A stretch of DNA of 64,000 nucleotides from Candidatus Rokuibacteriota bacterium (GCA_016188005.1 JACPIQ010000008.1:128484-192483), one strand, 5' to 3'. Shown: positions 46,221 through 56,498, counted from the stretch's first letter. A program made the numbers and translations. Notes: generated by a model from the sequence alone, not told the origin.

Positions 46221-48950
46221 ATGGCCAGGGGGCAGCATCCTCGAGCGATGGTGTGGATTCTCGTTGCCTTCCTGGTGCTGGGGGTCGTGGGCCAGGCGGT
46301 CCCCCTCTACACCGACTGGCTCTGGTTCCACGAGGTCGGCTTCCCGCAGGTCTTCACCACCATGCTGGCGCTGCGGGGCTGGCTCGTGCTGGGCCTGGGC
46401 GCAGCGGTCTTCGCCTTCCTCTTCGCGAACCTCTGGGTGGCGGCGCGGACCGCCCCCCCCGACGTGCTCTGGGAGCTCGAGGACCAGCTGGGCCTGCCCG
46501 GCCGCGCGGTGCTGGAGCCCCTGGTGCGGCGGCTGCTGCTGCCGGTCATCGCGGTCATCGCGCTCGCCGCCGGGGCCCGGGGCAGCGGCGAGTGGGACAC
46601 CCTCCTGCAATACCTCAACGCGACCCCGTTCGGGCGGACGGATCCGCTCTTCAACCGCGACATCGGCTTCTACGTCTTCCAGCTCCCGTTCTGGCGGCTG
46701 CTGTACGGCTGGGCCATGGCGCTCTGCATCGGGACGCTGGTGCTCACGGCCGCCGTGTACGTGCTCCAGCGCAGCGTGGTGCTCACGGCGGGGGGGCCGC
46801 GGCTGGCCGCCGGAGCGCGGACGCATCTCCTGGGCCTCGGCGCGCTGCTGCTCGTGCTTCGGGGGGCGGGCTTCTGGCTGGACCGGTACGATCTCCTGTA
46901 CTCCGCGCGGGGCTTCGTCTTCGGGGCCTCCTACGGCGACGTGAACGCCTCCCTTCCGGTCCTCCAGGCGCTGGCGGTGCTGGCCGTCCTCTGCGCGGGG
47001 GCCTGCGTGGTGCAGATGCGGCGGCCCGGCTGGCTCTTCCTCGTGGCGGGGCTCGTGGTCCTGGCCGTGGTGTGGATCGGCGGGCTGGGGGTGTACCCCG
47101 CGCTCCTCCAGCGCTTCCGGGTGGCGCCCAACGAGCTGGTCGCCGAGGGCCCGTACATCCAACACAGCATCCGGATGACGCGCCAGGCCTACGGCATCGA
47201 CCGGGTCGAGGAGAAGGAGTTCCGCGCGGACGAGAGCCTGAACCCCGCCGCGCTGGAGCGCAACAACCTCACGGTCAAGAATATCCGCCTCTGGGACCAC
47301 CGGCCGCTGCTGACGACGTACGGGCAGCTCCAGGAGATCCGCACCTACTACAAGTTCCTCGACGTGGACAACGACCGCTACATGATCGGCGGTGAGTACC
47401 GCCAGGTGATGCTCTCGCCGCGCGAGCTGTCCTACAAGCACCTGCCGGGCCAGGGGCAGAGCTGGATCAACGAGCACCTGACCTACACCCACGGCTACGG
47501 GCTCGTGGTGGGCCCCGTGAACCGCATCAGCCCCGAGGGGCTGCCGGAGTTCTTCGTGAAGGACATCCCGCCGGCGGCGAGCGGCTTTCTGAAGATCACG
47601 CGGCCGGAGATGTACTACGGCGAGTCGGGCAACGAGTACGTGTTCGTGCGGACGAAGTCGCAGGAGCTCGACTACCCGTCCGGCGATCAGAACGTCTACG
47701 GGGTGTACGCCGGGCGCGGCGGGATCGCCGTGGACTCGCTGCTGAAGAAGCTCGCCTTCGCGGCCCGCTTCGGCGAGATCAAGGTGCTCCTCTCGGACGA
47801 CCTGACCAGCGAGAGCCGCGGGATGATCTACCGGGAGATCGGCGGCCGGGTCCGCCAGGCGGCGCCGTTTCTCCGGTTCGACCGGGACCCGTATCTGGTC
47901 GTGACGGAGGACGGGCGCCTGGTCTGGATGATCGACGGCTACACGACCAGCGACCGCTACCCCTACGCCCAGCCGGTGCGGGGGGTCGGCAACTACATCA
48001 GGAACTCGGTGAAGGCCACCGTGGACGCCTTCCACGGGACGCTGACCTACTACATCGCCGACCCCGAGGACCCCGTGATCCGCACCTGGGCGAAGGCCTT
48101 CCCCGGGCTCTTCCGGCCCCTGGACCAGATGCCGAAGGACCTCCAGGCTCACGTGCGCTACCCCGAGGATCTCTTCACGATCCAGGCGCAGATGTACGCG
48201 ACGTACCACATGGAGGACCCGCAGGTCTTCTACAACAAGGAAGACCTGTGGACGATCCCCCGCCGCCAGCAGGATGCGCGCACGGCGTCCGAGATGGAGC
48301 CCTACTACACCGTCATGCGGCTGCCGGGAGAGCCCCGGGAGGAGTTCGTGCTCCTCAACGCGTTCAACCCGAGCCGCCGCGACAACATGATCGCCGTCAT
48401 GGCGGCGCGCTCGGACGCGCCGAACTACGGAAGCCTCCTGGTCTACATGTTTCCGAAACAGAAGCTCGTCTACGGCCCGCGCCAGATCGACGCCCGGATC
48501 GACCAGGACCCGGTGATCTCCCAGCAGCTCTCGCTCTGGAACCAGCAGGGCTCGCGCGTCCTCCGCGGCTCGCTCCTGGCCATTCCCATCGACCACTCGC
48601 TGGTCTACGTCCAGCCACTCTACCTCTCGGCGACGGAGCAGGGAGCGCTGCCCGAGCTCCGCCGTGTCATCGTGGCCTACGGCAACCAGATCGCGATGGA
48701 GCCGACGCTGGAGCAGTCGCTGGGGCGCATCTTCGGCGCCCGCGTCCGCGGCGACGAGGTGGCGGCGCGGCCGCGCGAGGCCACGGCCGGCCCGCCCCCG
48801 CCGGACACCGGCCTCCGCCCCCTGGTGCAGCGGGCCTGGGAGGTGTGGCAGAAGGGGCAGGAGGCGCTCCGCCGCGGCGACTGGACCGCCTACGGCCAGG
48901 AGCAGAAGCGGCTGGAGGAGACGCTGCGCCAGCTACGCGAGGGCCGCTAG
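46221..48950 (+). CDS. UPF0182 family membrane protein
   Basis: 909 aa. The N-terminal TM bundle carries the LYTDWLWFHEVGF motif typical of UPF0182, followed by a large soluble region. GGAGGG Shine-Dalgarno. Confidence 0.75.
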   Translation: MARGQHPRAMVWILVAFLVLGVVGQAVPLYTDWLWFHEVGFPQVFTTMLALRGWLVLGLGAAVFAFLFANLWVAARTAPPDVLWELEDQLGLPGRAVLEPLVRRLLLPVIAVIALAAGARGSGEWDTLLQYLNATPFGRTDPLFNRDIGFYVFQLPFWRLLYGWAMALCIGTLVLTAAVYVLQRSVVLTAGGPRLAAGARTHLLGLGALLLVLRGAGFWLDRYDLLYSARGFVFGASYGDVNASLPVLQALAVLAVLCAGACVVQMRRPGWLFLVAGLVVLAVVWIGGLGVYPALLQRFRVAPNELVAEGPYIQHSIRMTRQAYGIDRVEEKEFRADESLNPAALERNNLTVKNIRLWDHRPLLTTYGQLQEIRTYYKFLDVDNDRYMIGGEYRQVMLSPRELSYKHLPGQGQSWINEHLTYTHGYGLVVGPVNRISPEGLPEFFVKDIPPAASGFLKITRPEMYYGESGNEYVFVRTKSQELDYPSGDQNVYGVYAGRGGIAVDSLLKKLAFAARFGEIKVLLSDDLTSESRGMIYREIGGRVRQAAPFLRFDRDPYLVVTEDGRLVWMIDGYTTSDRYPYAQPVRGVGNYIRNSVKATVDAFHGTLTYYIADPEDPVIRTWAKAFPGLFRPLDQMPKDLQAHVRYPEDLFTIQAQMYATYHMEDPQVFYNKEDLWTIPRRQQDARTASEMEPYYTVMRLPGEPREEFVLLNAFNPSRRDNMIAVMAARSDAPNYGSLLVYMFPKQKLVYGPRQIDARIDQDPVISQQLSLWNQQGSRVLRGSLLAIPIDHSLVYVQPLYLSATEQGALPELRRVIVAYGNQIAMEPTLEQSLGRIFGARVRGDEVAARPREATAGPPPPDTGLRPLVQRAWEVWQKGQEALRRGDWTAYGQEQKRLEETLRQLREGR

Positions 48951-48959
48951 CCGTCGCGC

Positions 48960-51269
48960 CTACGTGCGGGCGCGGAGGAAGAGTGCCGCCCCGAGCCCGG
49001 CGAAGACGATGTTGGCCGTCCAGGCGGCCAGGATGGGGGGCAGGAGATCCGCCTTGGCGAAGGCCAGCGCCATGGAGTGGACGACCCAGTACCCCACCGA
49101 GATGACCAGGGCGACGCCGACGCCGGCCGCGCGGCCGCCGCTGCGCGGGGCCACCAGCGCGAAGGGGATGGCCACCAGCGCCATGATCACGTGGATCACC
49201 GGGAAGGACAGCTTCGAGTACAGCCCCACGACGTACTTGCCCACGTGGTGCCCGCTCTCCTGGAGCTTCGTCACGTAGCTCCTGAGCTCACGGAAGCTCA
49301 TGGCGTCGGGGGGCTTCTGCACGCTGGTGAAGTCGTCCATGGTCTCGGGCATCTGCGCCGTCGTGCGCGTGAAGGCCTGGGACTCGACGCGGTTCTGCCC
49401 GGTGATCTCCCGCAGGACGCCGTCCGACAGCTCCCACGCGCTGCCGCGCCACCGGGCCTTCCTGGCGTCGAGCCGGGTCGTCAGGCGGAAGCTCGGGTCG
49501 ATCTCCAGGACGAGCAATCCCTCCGCCGACTGCTCCACGGGGTCCAGCAGCTCCATGCGGAAGAAGCGGGTGTCCGAGGAGCGGTACCAGATCTGGTTAC
49601 GCTTCTGCAGGTGGCGCGGCAGGCCCCCGCGGATCTTGACCCGGTCCACCTCCTCGGCCCTGGCATTGAGGCCCGGCAGGAGCGTCTCCTGGAAGGTCAC
49701 CGCGCCGAGGCTGACGCCGGCGGTCAGCAGCAGGACCGGCAGGCTCACCCGGTAGAGGCTCACGCCGGCGGCCTTGAGGGCGTCGAGCTCCCGCTGGCGG
49801 GTGAGGGAGAGGAAGAGGAAGACGGTGGCCATGAGGACCACGATGGGCAGCCCGTCGTAGAGCGCTCCCGGCAGACGGAAGGCGAAGTGCTGCAGGATGT
49901 ACGCGAGCGGGGGCTTGACGCGCAGGAAGCGATCCAGCGTCTGCAGGAGATCCACCACGACGAACAGGACCGCGCCGATCGCAAGGCCGATCCCCAGGAA
50001 CTTCAGGTACTCGCGGAGGAGATACCGGTCGAGGAGGAAGGTGGAGCCGCGGGACTTGCGGGCAGGCGCCGGCCCCCGGGGCGCGCCGGGGCCCGGGGCT
50101 GGCCGCCGGAGAGGGGCCAGCAGGTCGCGGAGCCTCCACAGGAGGCGCATCCAGACCGCCGGCGTCGCCAGCGTCGTGGCACGGAGGAGACTCGCGCCCC
50201 CGAGGAAGAAAAGGAGGTTGGGCAGCCAGACGGCGGACCACGCCGGGAGCCGGCCCCGGAGCGCGGTGCCCTCGAGGGAAGTGAAGACGACGTAGTAGGA
50301 CATGACGATCGCGAGGCTCGCGGCCAGCGCCGCGCCGCGCCCGCCGCGGTGCGAGCGGACGGCCAGCGGGTAGCCGACCATCACGAAGACGAGCGCGGCC
50401 GCAGGCAGCGCGAGGCGCTTGTGGAACTCCACGAAATACGGCGCGGCGATCTGGCCGAGGCGTTCGAGCTCGTGCGCGCGCTGCAGGAGCGCCCGGAGAG
50501 GGAGGTCACGCTCGGGCTTCTCGGACTGGGCGACCGCGGCCAGCGGGGATTCCAGCGGCAGGGTCATGTCGTAAAGGGCGAAGGCGGTGTACCGGGCGCG
50601 GCGCGCATCCGCCACGTCGCTCTCGCTGATCTGCCCGTCCAGGAAACGCAGGGTGATGCGCCCGCGCGCCTCGTCGGTGAGGATCCGCCCCTCCCTCGCG
50701 ACGATGATCCGCGAGAGTGCCGCATTGCGCTCGTCGGCGACCAGGAGTCCCTTGAGCGCCCGCTGGGAGGGGGTGATCTCCTGCACGTAGATGGTGAACT
50801 GGCCGAAGGAGGCGCTGAAGGTCCGCTCCTTGATGCCCGTGGTGGCGCGGGACTGGAGGATCCTGAACAGCTGGCGCTGGAAGGCGCCGTTGGACCACGG
50901 GTTCACGACGAGCGTGAGCGAGGCCGAGGCCAGGGTGACGAGGAGCGCGGCGACGAGAAAGGGCCGGAAGAGACGGAGCGGGCTCACGCCGCAGGCCCGG
51001 AGCGCCGTGACCTCGAGGTCGGCGGCGAGACGCCCGCCCGCGATCAGGGCCGCCACGAGGAGCGCCATGGGGAGGGTGAGCACGAGGAAGGACGGCAGCA
51101 TGGAGACCAGGAGCGACAGGACCAGGTGGAACGGGACCCCCTTGGTGATGACGAGGTCCGTGAGGTGGTAGATGCGGTCGATGACGAGGAAGAACGTGAA
51201 GACGGCCACCCCCGTGACGAACGGCGCGAAGAGCTCCTTGAAGACGTAGCGGTCGAGGGTGGCCAACAT
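48960..51269 (-). CDS. LptF/LptG-family LPS export permease, two tandem YjgP/YjgQ domains in one ORF (apparent LptF-LptG fusion)
   Basis: Domain 1 is MLATLDRYVFKELFAPFVTGV… (about 365 aa). A Pro/Gly/Arg-rich linker of about 40 aa follows. Domain 2 is STFLLDRYLLREYLKFLGIGLAIG… (about 360 aa). Both sit in the same frame with no intervening stop. ATG at 51269-51267. Confidence 0.75.
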   Translation of the reverse strand: MLATLDRYVFKELFAPFVTGVAVFTFFLVIDRIYHLTDLVITKGVPFHLVLSLLVSMLPSFLVLTLPMALLVAALIAGGRLAADLEVTALRACGVSPLRLFRPFLVAALLVTLASASLTLVVNPWSNGAFQRQLFRILQSRATTGIKERTFSASFGQFTIYVQEITPSQRALKGLLVADERNAALSRIIVAREGRILTDEARGRITLRFLDGQISESDVADARRARYTAFALYDMTLPLESPLAAVAQSEKPERDLPLRALLQRAHELERLGQIAAPYFVEFHKRLALPAAALVFVMVGYPLAVRSHRGGRGAALAASLAIVMSYYVVFTSLEGTALRGRLPAWSAVWLPNLLFFLGGASLLRATTLATPAVWMRLLWRLRDLLAPLRRPAPGPGAPRGPAPARKSRGSTFLLDRYLLREYLKFLGIGLAIGAVLFVVVDLLQTLDRFLRVKPPLAYILQHFAFRLPGALYDGLPIVVLMATVFLFLSLTRQRELDALKAAGVSLYRVSLPVLLLTAGVSLGAVTFQETLLPGLNARAEEVDRVKIRGGLPRHLQKRNQIWYRSSDTRFFRMELLDPVEQSAEGLLVLEIDPSFRLTTRLDARKARWRGSAWELSDGVLREITGQNRVESQAFTRTTAQMPETMDDFTSVQKPPDAMSFRELRSYVTKLQESGHHVGKYVVGLYSKLSFPVIHVIMALVAIPFALVAPRSGGRAAGVGVALVISVGYWVVHSMALAFAKADLLPPILAAWTANIVFAGLGAALFLRART

Positions 51270-51293
51270 GCCCCCATATTGTACGATAGCGCC

Positions 51294-52352
51294 GTGAGGG
51301 CCTGGAGGGTGTGTGCCATCGCCGCGCTGGCCGGGGTGGTCCTGGCGGCGGCGCCGGTCCCGGCGCGGGATCGACTCGACCGGCTCCAGGAACTTGTCCG
51401 CCAGGCCCGGGAGGCGGCCCCGGAGGCGCTCGCGGCGGAGCTGGCGGCGCTCGTGGACGAGGAGATCCTGGAGAACCTGAGGAGCGGCGGCCTGTTCGCC
51501 TCCGAGGCGTTCATCCAGGAGCGGCTCGACACGCTCACGGGGGCGTGGGGCGGGGCGCGCTTTGCCGTGTTGCGCCTGCCGCGCGGCGGGCCGGCCGGCG
51601 TGGCGCGAGGCGAGACCACGGTCGGCCTCTACGCGCTGGAGGGAGTCGGGGGCACGGGGTCGGTTCGCGTCTTTTCCTCTGGAGCAGGAGCCGCTGCGCT
51701 CCTCGGCAGCGTCACCCACGAAGGCACCCCGCAGCTACACGAGTGGCCGCCGGCGGCCGACGGCGCCCCGCAGCTCGCGCTGAGCTGGCTCGGGCGCGGG
51801 GAGGGCGGCGGCAGGCGGCTCCGGGTCGAGATCTGGCGGCGCGACGGGAGCGCCCTCTCCCGCGTGTGGAGCACGGAGGAGGCCGTCGGCGCGGGGCTCG
51901 TGGCATCGGAGGCCCGCATCGCGCGTGGCGAGGTGCGGCTGCGGTACGCGGCGCGCTACGCCGGCTGGAAGCCCGGCTGCGAGGGGCAGACGGAGCACGA
52001 GGATCTGTACCGCGCGGGCGCGATGGCACGGGGGGTGGCCCTGGCGCGCCGCCGTGTCGTCAATGGCTGGCACCGGGAGCTGCAAGGGGCGGTGGCCCGC
52101 TTCTTCGACGCCCTCGAGCGGCACGACCGCCGCGCGCTGGCGCAGCTGGTGCCGGAGCCGCCGCTCCGCGCCAGGATCCCGCAAGGGCTCGTGGCCGAGC
52201 CGGCCTGCGAGATGCGGCCGCCCGAGTCGCCGGAGGCGGTGGTCGTCGCGGCGACCGAGGAGGGGCCGTCCCGGCGGACGCCCTGGTCGCTGTGGTGGCG
52301 TCGCCACGGGCGGAGCTGGCGCCTGACCGCGGCGGCCCCCGTGCTACAATGA
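51294..52352 (+). CDS. hypothetical exported protein
   Basis: GTG start followed by a signal peptide (RAWRVCAIAALAGVVLAAAPVPA). 352 aa with no recognisable motif. Divergent from lptFG. It is part of the supplied 49077..52352 ORF, whose upstream portion is antisense to lptFG. Confidence 0.45.
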   Translation: MRAWRVCAIAALAGVVLAAAPVPARDRLDRLQELVRQAREAAPEALAAELAALVDEEILENLRSGGLFASEAFIQERLDTLTGAWGGARFAVLRLPRGGPAGVARGETTVGLYALEGVGGTGSVRVFSSGAGAAALLGSVTHEGTPQLHEWPPAADGAPQLALSWLGRGEGGGRRLRVEIWRRDGSALSRVWSTEEAVGAGLVASEARIARGEVRLRYAARYAGWKPGCEGQTEHEDLYRAGAMARGVALARRRVVNGWHRELQGAVARFFDALERHDRRALAQLVPEPPLRARIPQGLVAEPACEMRPPESPEAVVVAATEEGPSRRTPWSLWWRRHGRSWRLTAAAPVLQ

Positions 52353-52361
52353 CGCCCCGTC

Positions 52362-54980
52362 ATGACGGACATTCCGGACCGGTACGACCCTAGCCGCGTG
52401 TAGCCGCGCTGGTACCGCGAGTGGGAAGAGCGGGGATACTTCCACGCCGACCCCGGCTCGCCGAAGGATCCGTACTCCATCGTCATCCCGCCCCCCAACG
52501 TGACCGGCTCGCTGCACATGGGCCACGCCCTGAACAACACGCTCCAGGACATCCTCGTCCGTTACAAGCGGATGGACGGCTACAACGCACTGTGGCTCCC
52601 GGGCACCGACCATGCGGGCATCGCCACCCAGTATGTCGTGGAGAGGCAGCTCGCGGCCGAGGGGAAGAGCAAGGAGGATCTCGGGCGCGAGGCATTCATC
52701 GCGCGGGTCTGGAGGTGGAAGGAGGAGTCGGGCGGCACCATCATCACCCAGCTGAAGCGACTGGGGGCCTCCTGCGACTGGCGCCGCGAGCGCTTCACGA
52801 TGGATGCCGGGCTGTCGACCGCGGTCCGCGAGGTCTTCGTCCGCCTCTGGGAAGAGGGCCTCGTGTACCAGGGGGACTACATCGTCAACTGGTGCCCGCG
52901 CTGCCAGACGGTGCTCTCCGACCTGGAGGTCGAGCGCGAGGAGCGGGACGCGGAGTTCGTCTACATCCGCTACGGGCCGCTCGTCCTGGGCACGGTGCGT
53001 CCGGAGACGAAGCTGGGCGACACCGCGCTGGCCGTCCACCCGAGGGACAGGCGCTACGCCCGGTACGTCGGGCAGACGCTGGAGATCCCCTCGGTCGAGG
53101 GGACGATCCGCATGCGGGTGGTGGCCGACGCCGCCGTGGATCCCAAGTTCGGGACCGGCGTGATCAAGGTCACGCCCGGCCACGACCCGGTGGACTTCGA
53201 GATCGGCCGCCGCCACGACCTCCCCATCCGGACCGTGATTGGCTTCGACGGGAGGATGACGGCGCTCGCGGGCCGGTACGCCGGCCTCGACCGCTTCGAG
53301 TGCCGGAGGCGGATCGTCGCGGACATGCAGGCGCTGGGCCTCATCGAGCGTATCGAGCCCTACCGCCACGCCGCGGGCGTCTGCTACCGCTGCAAGACCG
53401 TGGTGGAGCCGCTGATCTCCAAGCAATGGTACGTGCGGGCCAAGCCGCTGGCGGAGGTGGCCATCAAGGCGGTACGCAGCGGCCGCATCCGGATCGTGCC
53501 CCGCACGTGGACCAAGACGTACTTCCACTGGATGGAGAACATCCGCGACTGGGCGATCTCGCGTCAGCTCTGGTGGGGACATCGCATTCCGGCCTGGTAC
53601 TGCGACGCCGAGGGGAGCGTCCACGTCTCGCGCACGGACCTCACCGCGTGTCCGGGGTGCGGGGGGGCCCTCCGCCAGGACCAGGACGTGCTCGACACCT
53701 GGTTCTCCTCCGGCCTCTGGCCCTTCTCGACGCTCGGCTGGCCCGCGGCCACGGCCGATCTGGCCGTGTTCTACCCGACCTCCTGCCTCGTGACGGGTTT
53801 CGATATCCTCTTCTTCTGGGTGGCCCGGATGGCCATGCTCGGGCTCAAGTTCATGGGGGAAGTGCCCTTCCGGGACGTCTACATCCACGCCCTCGTCCGC
53901 GACGCCGAGGGCCAGAAGATGTCCAAGTCCAAGGGCAATGTCATCGACCCACTCACGGTGATGGACCGCTTCGGCACCGACGCCTTCCGGTTCACCCTCG
54001 CGGCGCTTGCCGCGCAAGGGCGCGACATCCGGCTCTCGGAGGAGCGGGTCGAGGGGTACCGGAACTTCGCCAACAAGGTGTGGAACGCCGCACGGCTGGC
54101 ACTGGCGACGCTCGACGGCTACGACCCCAGGCTGGCGAAGCAGGGGACGCCGTCGGTGGCCGACCGCTGGATCCTCAGCCGCCTGGCGGAGACCATCAAG
54201 ACGGTGCGGCGGTCCCTCGACACGTACCGTTTCAACGAGGCCGCCTCGGCCGTCTACCAGTTCCTCTGGCACGAGCTCTGCGACTGGTACCTGGAGATCG
54301 CCAAGCAGCGGCTCTACCAGACGGCCGACCCGGCCGCCCGCGCGGTCACGCAGCGGACGCTGCTCGAGGCCCTGGAGACCACACTGCGGCTGCTGCACCC
54401 GTTCATGCCGTTCATTTCCGAGGAGCTCTGGCAGCGGCTGCCCCACGATGGCCCCTCGGTGATGGTCGCACCGTTCCCGAAGGCGCGCCGGCGCGCCCGC
54501 GATGTCCGCGCCGAGGCGCGCATGGCCTCCGTCATCGCCATCGTGAGCGGGATCCGCAACGTCCGCAGCGAGAGCCGCGTGCCCCCCGGACGGCAGCTGC
54601 GGGCCACCGTCCGGCCAGGGTCCGGGAGCGACGTGGAGAGCCTCCGCGAGGCCGCGCCCCTGATGGGAACGCTGGCCCGCGCGGCGATCAGCGTGGAGCC
54701 CGACGCCGCGCGCCCGCCTCACGCGGCGCTGGCCGTGGCCGACGGCTGCGAGGTCTACGTGGAGCTCGAGGGCGTGGTGGACCTGGCGGCCGAGCGGCAG
54801 CGGGTCGCCAAGGAGATCGACAAGGCAGGGCGGGAGATCGCGTTTCTGGAGGGGAAGCTGTCGCGAGCGGACTTCGTGGAGCGGGCACCGGCCGAGGTCG
54901 TGGAGCGGGAGCGGGAGCGGCTCGCGGCGGCCCGCTCGATGCTCGAGACGCTCACGGCCGGGCTCCGGGCGCTCCAGTGA
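52362..54980 (+). CDS. valS: valine--tRNA ligase, interrupted by an in-frame TAG at 52401-52403
   Basis: HIGH (PPPNVTGSLHMGHAL), KMSKS, an editing domain and a C-terminal coiled coil. The N-terminal 13 codons (MTDIPDRYDPSRV) and the codons after the TAG (PRWYREWEERGYF…) align with ValRS N-termini. ATG 52362 is the only start downstream of the in-frame TGA at 52350. Confidence 0.85.
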
Positions 54981-55747
54981 GGCCCGCCACGACCGCCCGG
55001 GAGCCTCAGGCGCTCCACTGGGTGTTGCGCGAACTGGACACGGTGGACTCGACGCAGGCCGAGCTCCTCCGCCTGACGGTCGCCGGCGCGCGCGAGGGGA
55101 CGGCGGTGACCGCGCAGCACCAGACAGCCGGGCGCGGCCGGCGGAGCCGGGCGTGGTGGGACACTCCGGGAGAGAGCCTCCTCGTCTCGGCGCTGCTCCG
55201 ACCGCCGATCGCGCCCGGCCTGGCGCCCCAGCTCACCCTGGTGGCGGCCGTCGCGGTGGTGGACGCCGTGCGCGCCGCCGCCGGCGTGGAGGCGCGGATT
55301 CGCTGGCCCAACGACGTCACGGCCGATGGCCGGAAGCTCGGCGGGATCCTGGCCGAGGCCTCGTCCGGGCCCGATGGTGGCCTCCAGCACGTGCTCCTGG
55401 GCATCGGGATCAACGTGAACCAGACGGCGTTCCCGCCGGAGCTCGCCGAGCGTGCGACCTCGTTGCGCCTCCTGACCGGGGCCCGGCAGGAGCGCGCCCT
55501 GCTGCTCGCGCGGCTCCTGGAGGCGCTCGCGCGCCGCTATGAGGAGTACCTGACGGCCGGCTTCGAGCCGGTGCGCGGGGCCTGGCGTGCGGCCAGCGCT
55601 ACCCTCGGCACGCGGGTCGTGATGCCCGACGGCCGGTCCGGCATGGCCGAGGAGCTGGACGGGGACGGCGCGCTCCGCCTGAGGCTGGATGACGGAACGC
55701 TGGCTCGGGTATCGTCCGGGGAGATCGCCGATGCTCCTCCTCCTTGA
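54977..55747 (+). CDS. birA: biotin--[acetyl-CoA-carboxylase] ligase (no N-terminal HTH)
   Basis: …QTAGRGRRSRAWWDTPGESLLVS… is the BirA catalytic signature. The GTG overlaps the valS stop (GTGA). Confidence 0.85.
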   Translation: MRPATTAREPQALHWVLRELDTVDSTQAELLRLTVAGAREGTAVTAQHQTAGRGRRSRAWWDTPGESLLVSALLRPPIAPGLAPQLTLVAAVAVVDAVRAAAGVEARIRWPNDVTADGRKLGGILAEASSGPDGGLQHVLLGIGINVNQTAFPPELAERATSLRLLTGARQERALLLARLLEALARRYEEYLTAGFEPVRGAWRAASATLGTRVVMPDGRSGMAEELDGDGALRLRLDDGTLARVSSGEIADAPPP

Positions 55748-56498
55748 GGTCGGCAACACCAACACCGGGGTCGGCGTGGCCGACGGGAGCCGGCTCGTGG
55801 CCTCGTGGCGGCTCACGAGCCGGCGGGAGCAGACCCCGGACGAGTACGGCGTGTTCATCCAGGGGCTGCTCTCCTCCCGCGGGATCGCCTCGGACCAGGT
55901 CAGCGCCGTGGCCATCTCCAACGTCGTCCCGCCGGTGCAGCAGACCCTGGAGCGGATGTGCGAGGGGTACTTCGGCGTGAGGCCGTTCACGGTGCAGCCG
56001 GGCGTCAACGTCCCGCTCGCGTTCAGCGTGGACAATCCGCGGGAGGTGGGCGCGGACCGTGTCTGCAACGCCGTGGCCGCTCTGGCGCTGTACGGGGCCC
56101 CGGTGATCGTGGTGGACTTCGGCACGGCAACCAACTTCGACTGCGTGAACGAGCGCGGCGAGTTCGTCGGAGGCGCCATCGCCCCCGGGCTCGCGACAGC
56201 GGCCGAGGCCCTGATCTCGCGCGCCGCGCGCCTCTTCCGGGTCGAGCTCGTGGCCCCGCCCACGGCCATCGGCCGCAACACGGGGACGAATATCCAGTCG
56301 GGGGTCGTGCTGGGTTACGCGGGGCTCGTGGACGGCCTCATTCAGCGGATGCGGCGTGAGCTGTCGGGCGATGTGAAGGTGGTGGGGACGGGCGGCCTCG
56401 CCGCCCAGATGCGGGAGGTGGCTGCGAACATCCAGACGGTGAACCCGAACCTGCGCCTGGAGGGGCTACGCATGATCTGGGAGCGCGCCCGGGGTTGA
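55731..56498 (+). CDS. coaX: type III pantothenate kinase
   Basis: MLLLLEVGNTNTGVGV… plus …VVDFGTATNFD…. It overlaps the birA 3' end. Confidence 0.9.
   Translation: MLLLLEVGNTNTGVGVADGSRLVASWRLTSRREQTPDEYGVFIQGLLSSRGIASDQVSAVAISNVVPPVQQTLERMCEGYFGVRPFTVQPGVNVPLAFSVDNPREVGADRVCNAVAALALYGAPVIVVDFGTATNFDCVNERGEFVGGAIAPGLATAAEALISRAARLFRVELVAPPTAIGRNTGTNIQSGVVLGYAGLVDGLIQRMRRELSGDVKVVGTGGLAAQMREVAANIQTVNPNLRLEGLRMIWERARG

Noticed and set aside
52401-52403. TAG as pyrrolysine or recoded sense codon
   Set aside because: TAG terminates several other genes in this window, no pyl genes are present, and the aligned residue is Glu. A point error or nonsense suppression is more parsimonious.
52500-54980. 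GTG 52500 as the valS start (as in the supplied ORF track)
   Set aside because: It would remove about 45 conserved N-terminal residues, including PPPN directly before the HIGH motif. Upstream codons on both sides of the TAG align to ValRS, so the gene begins at ATG 52362.
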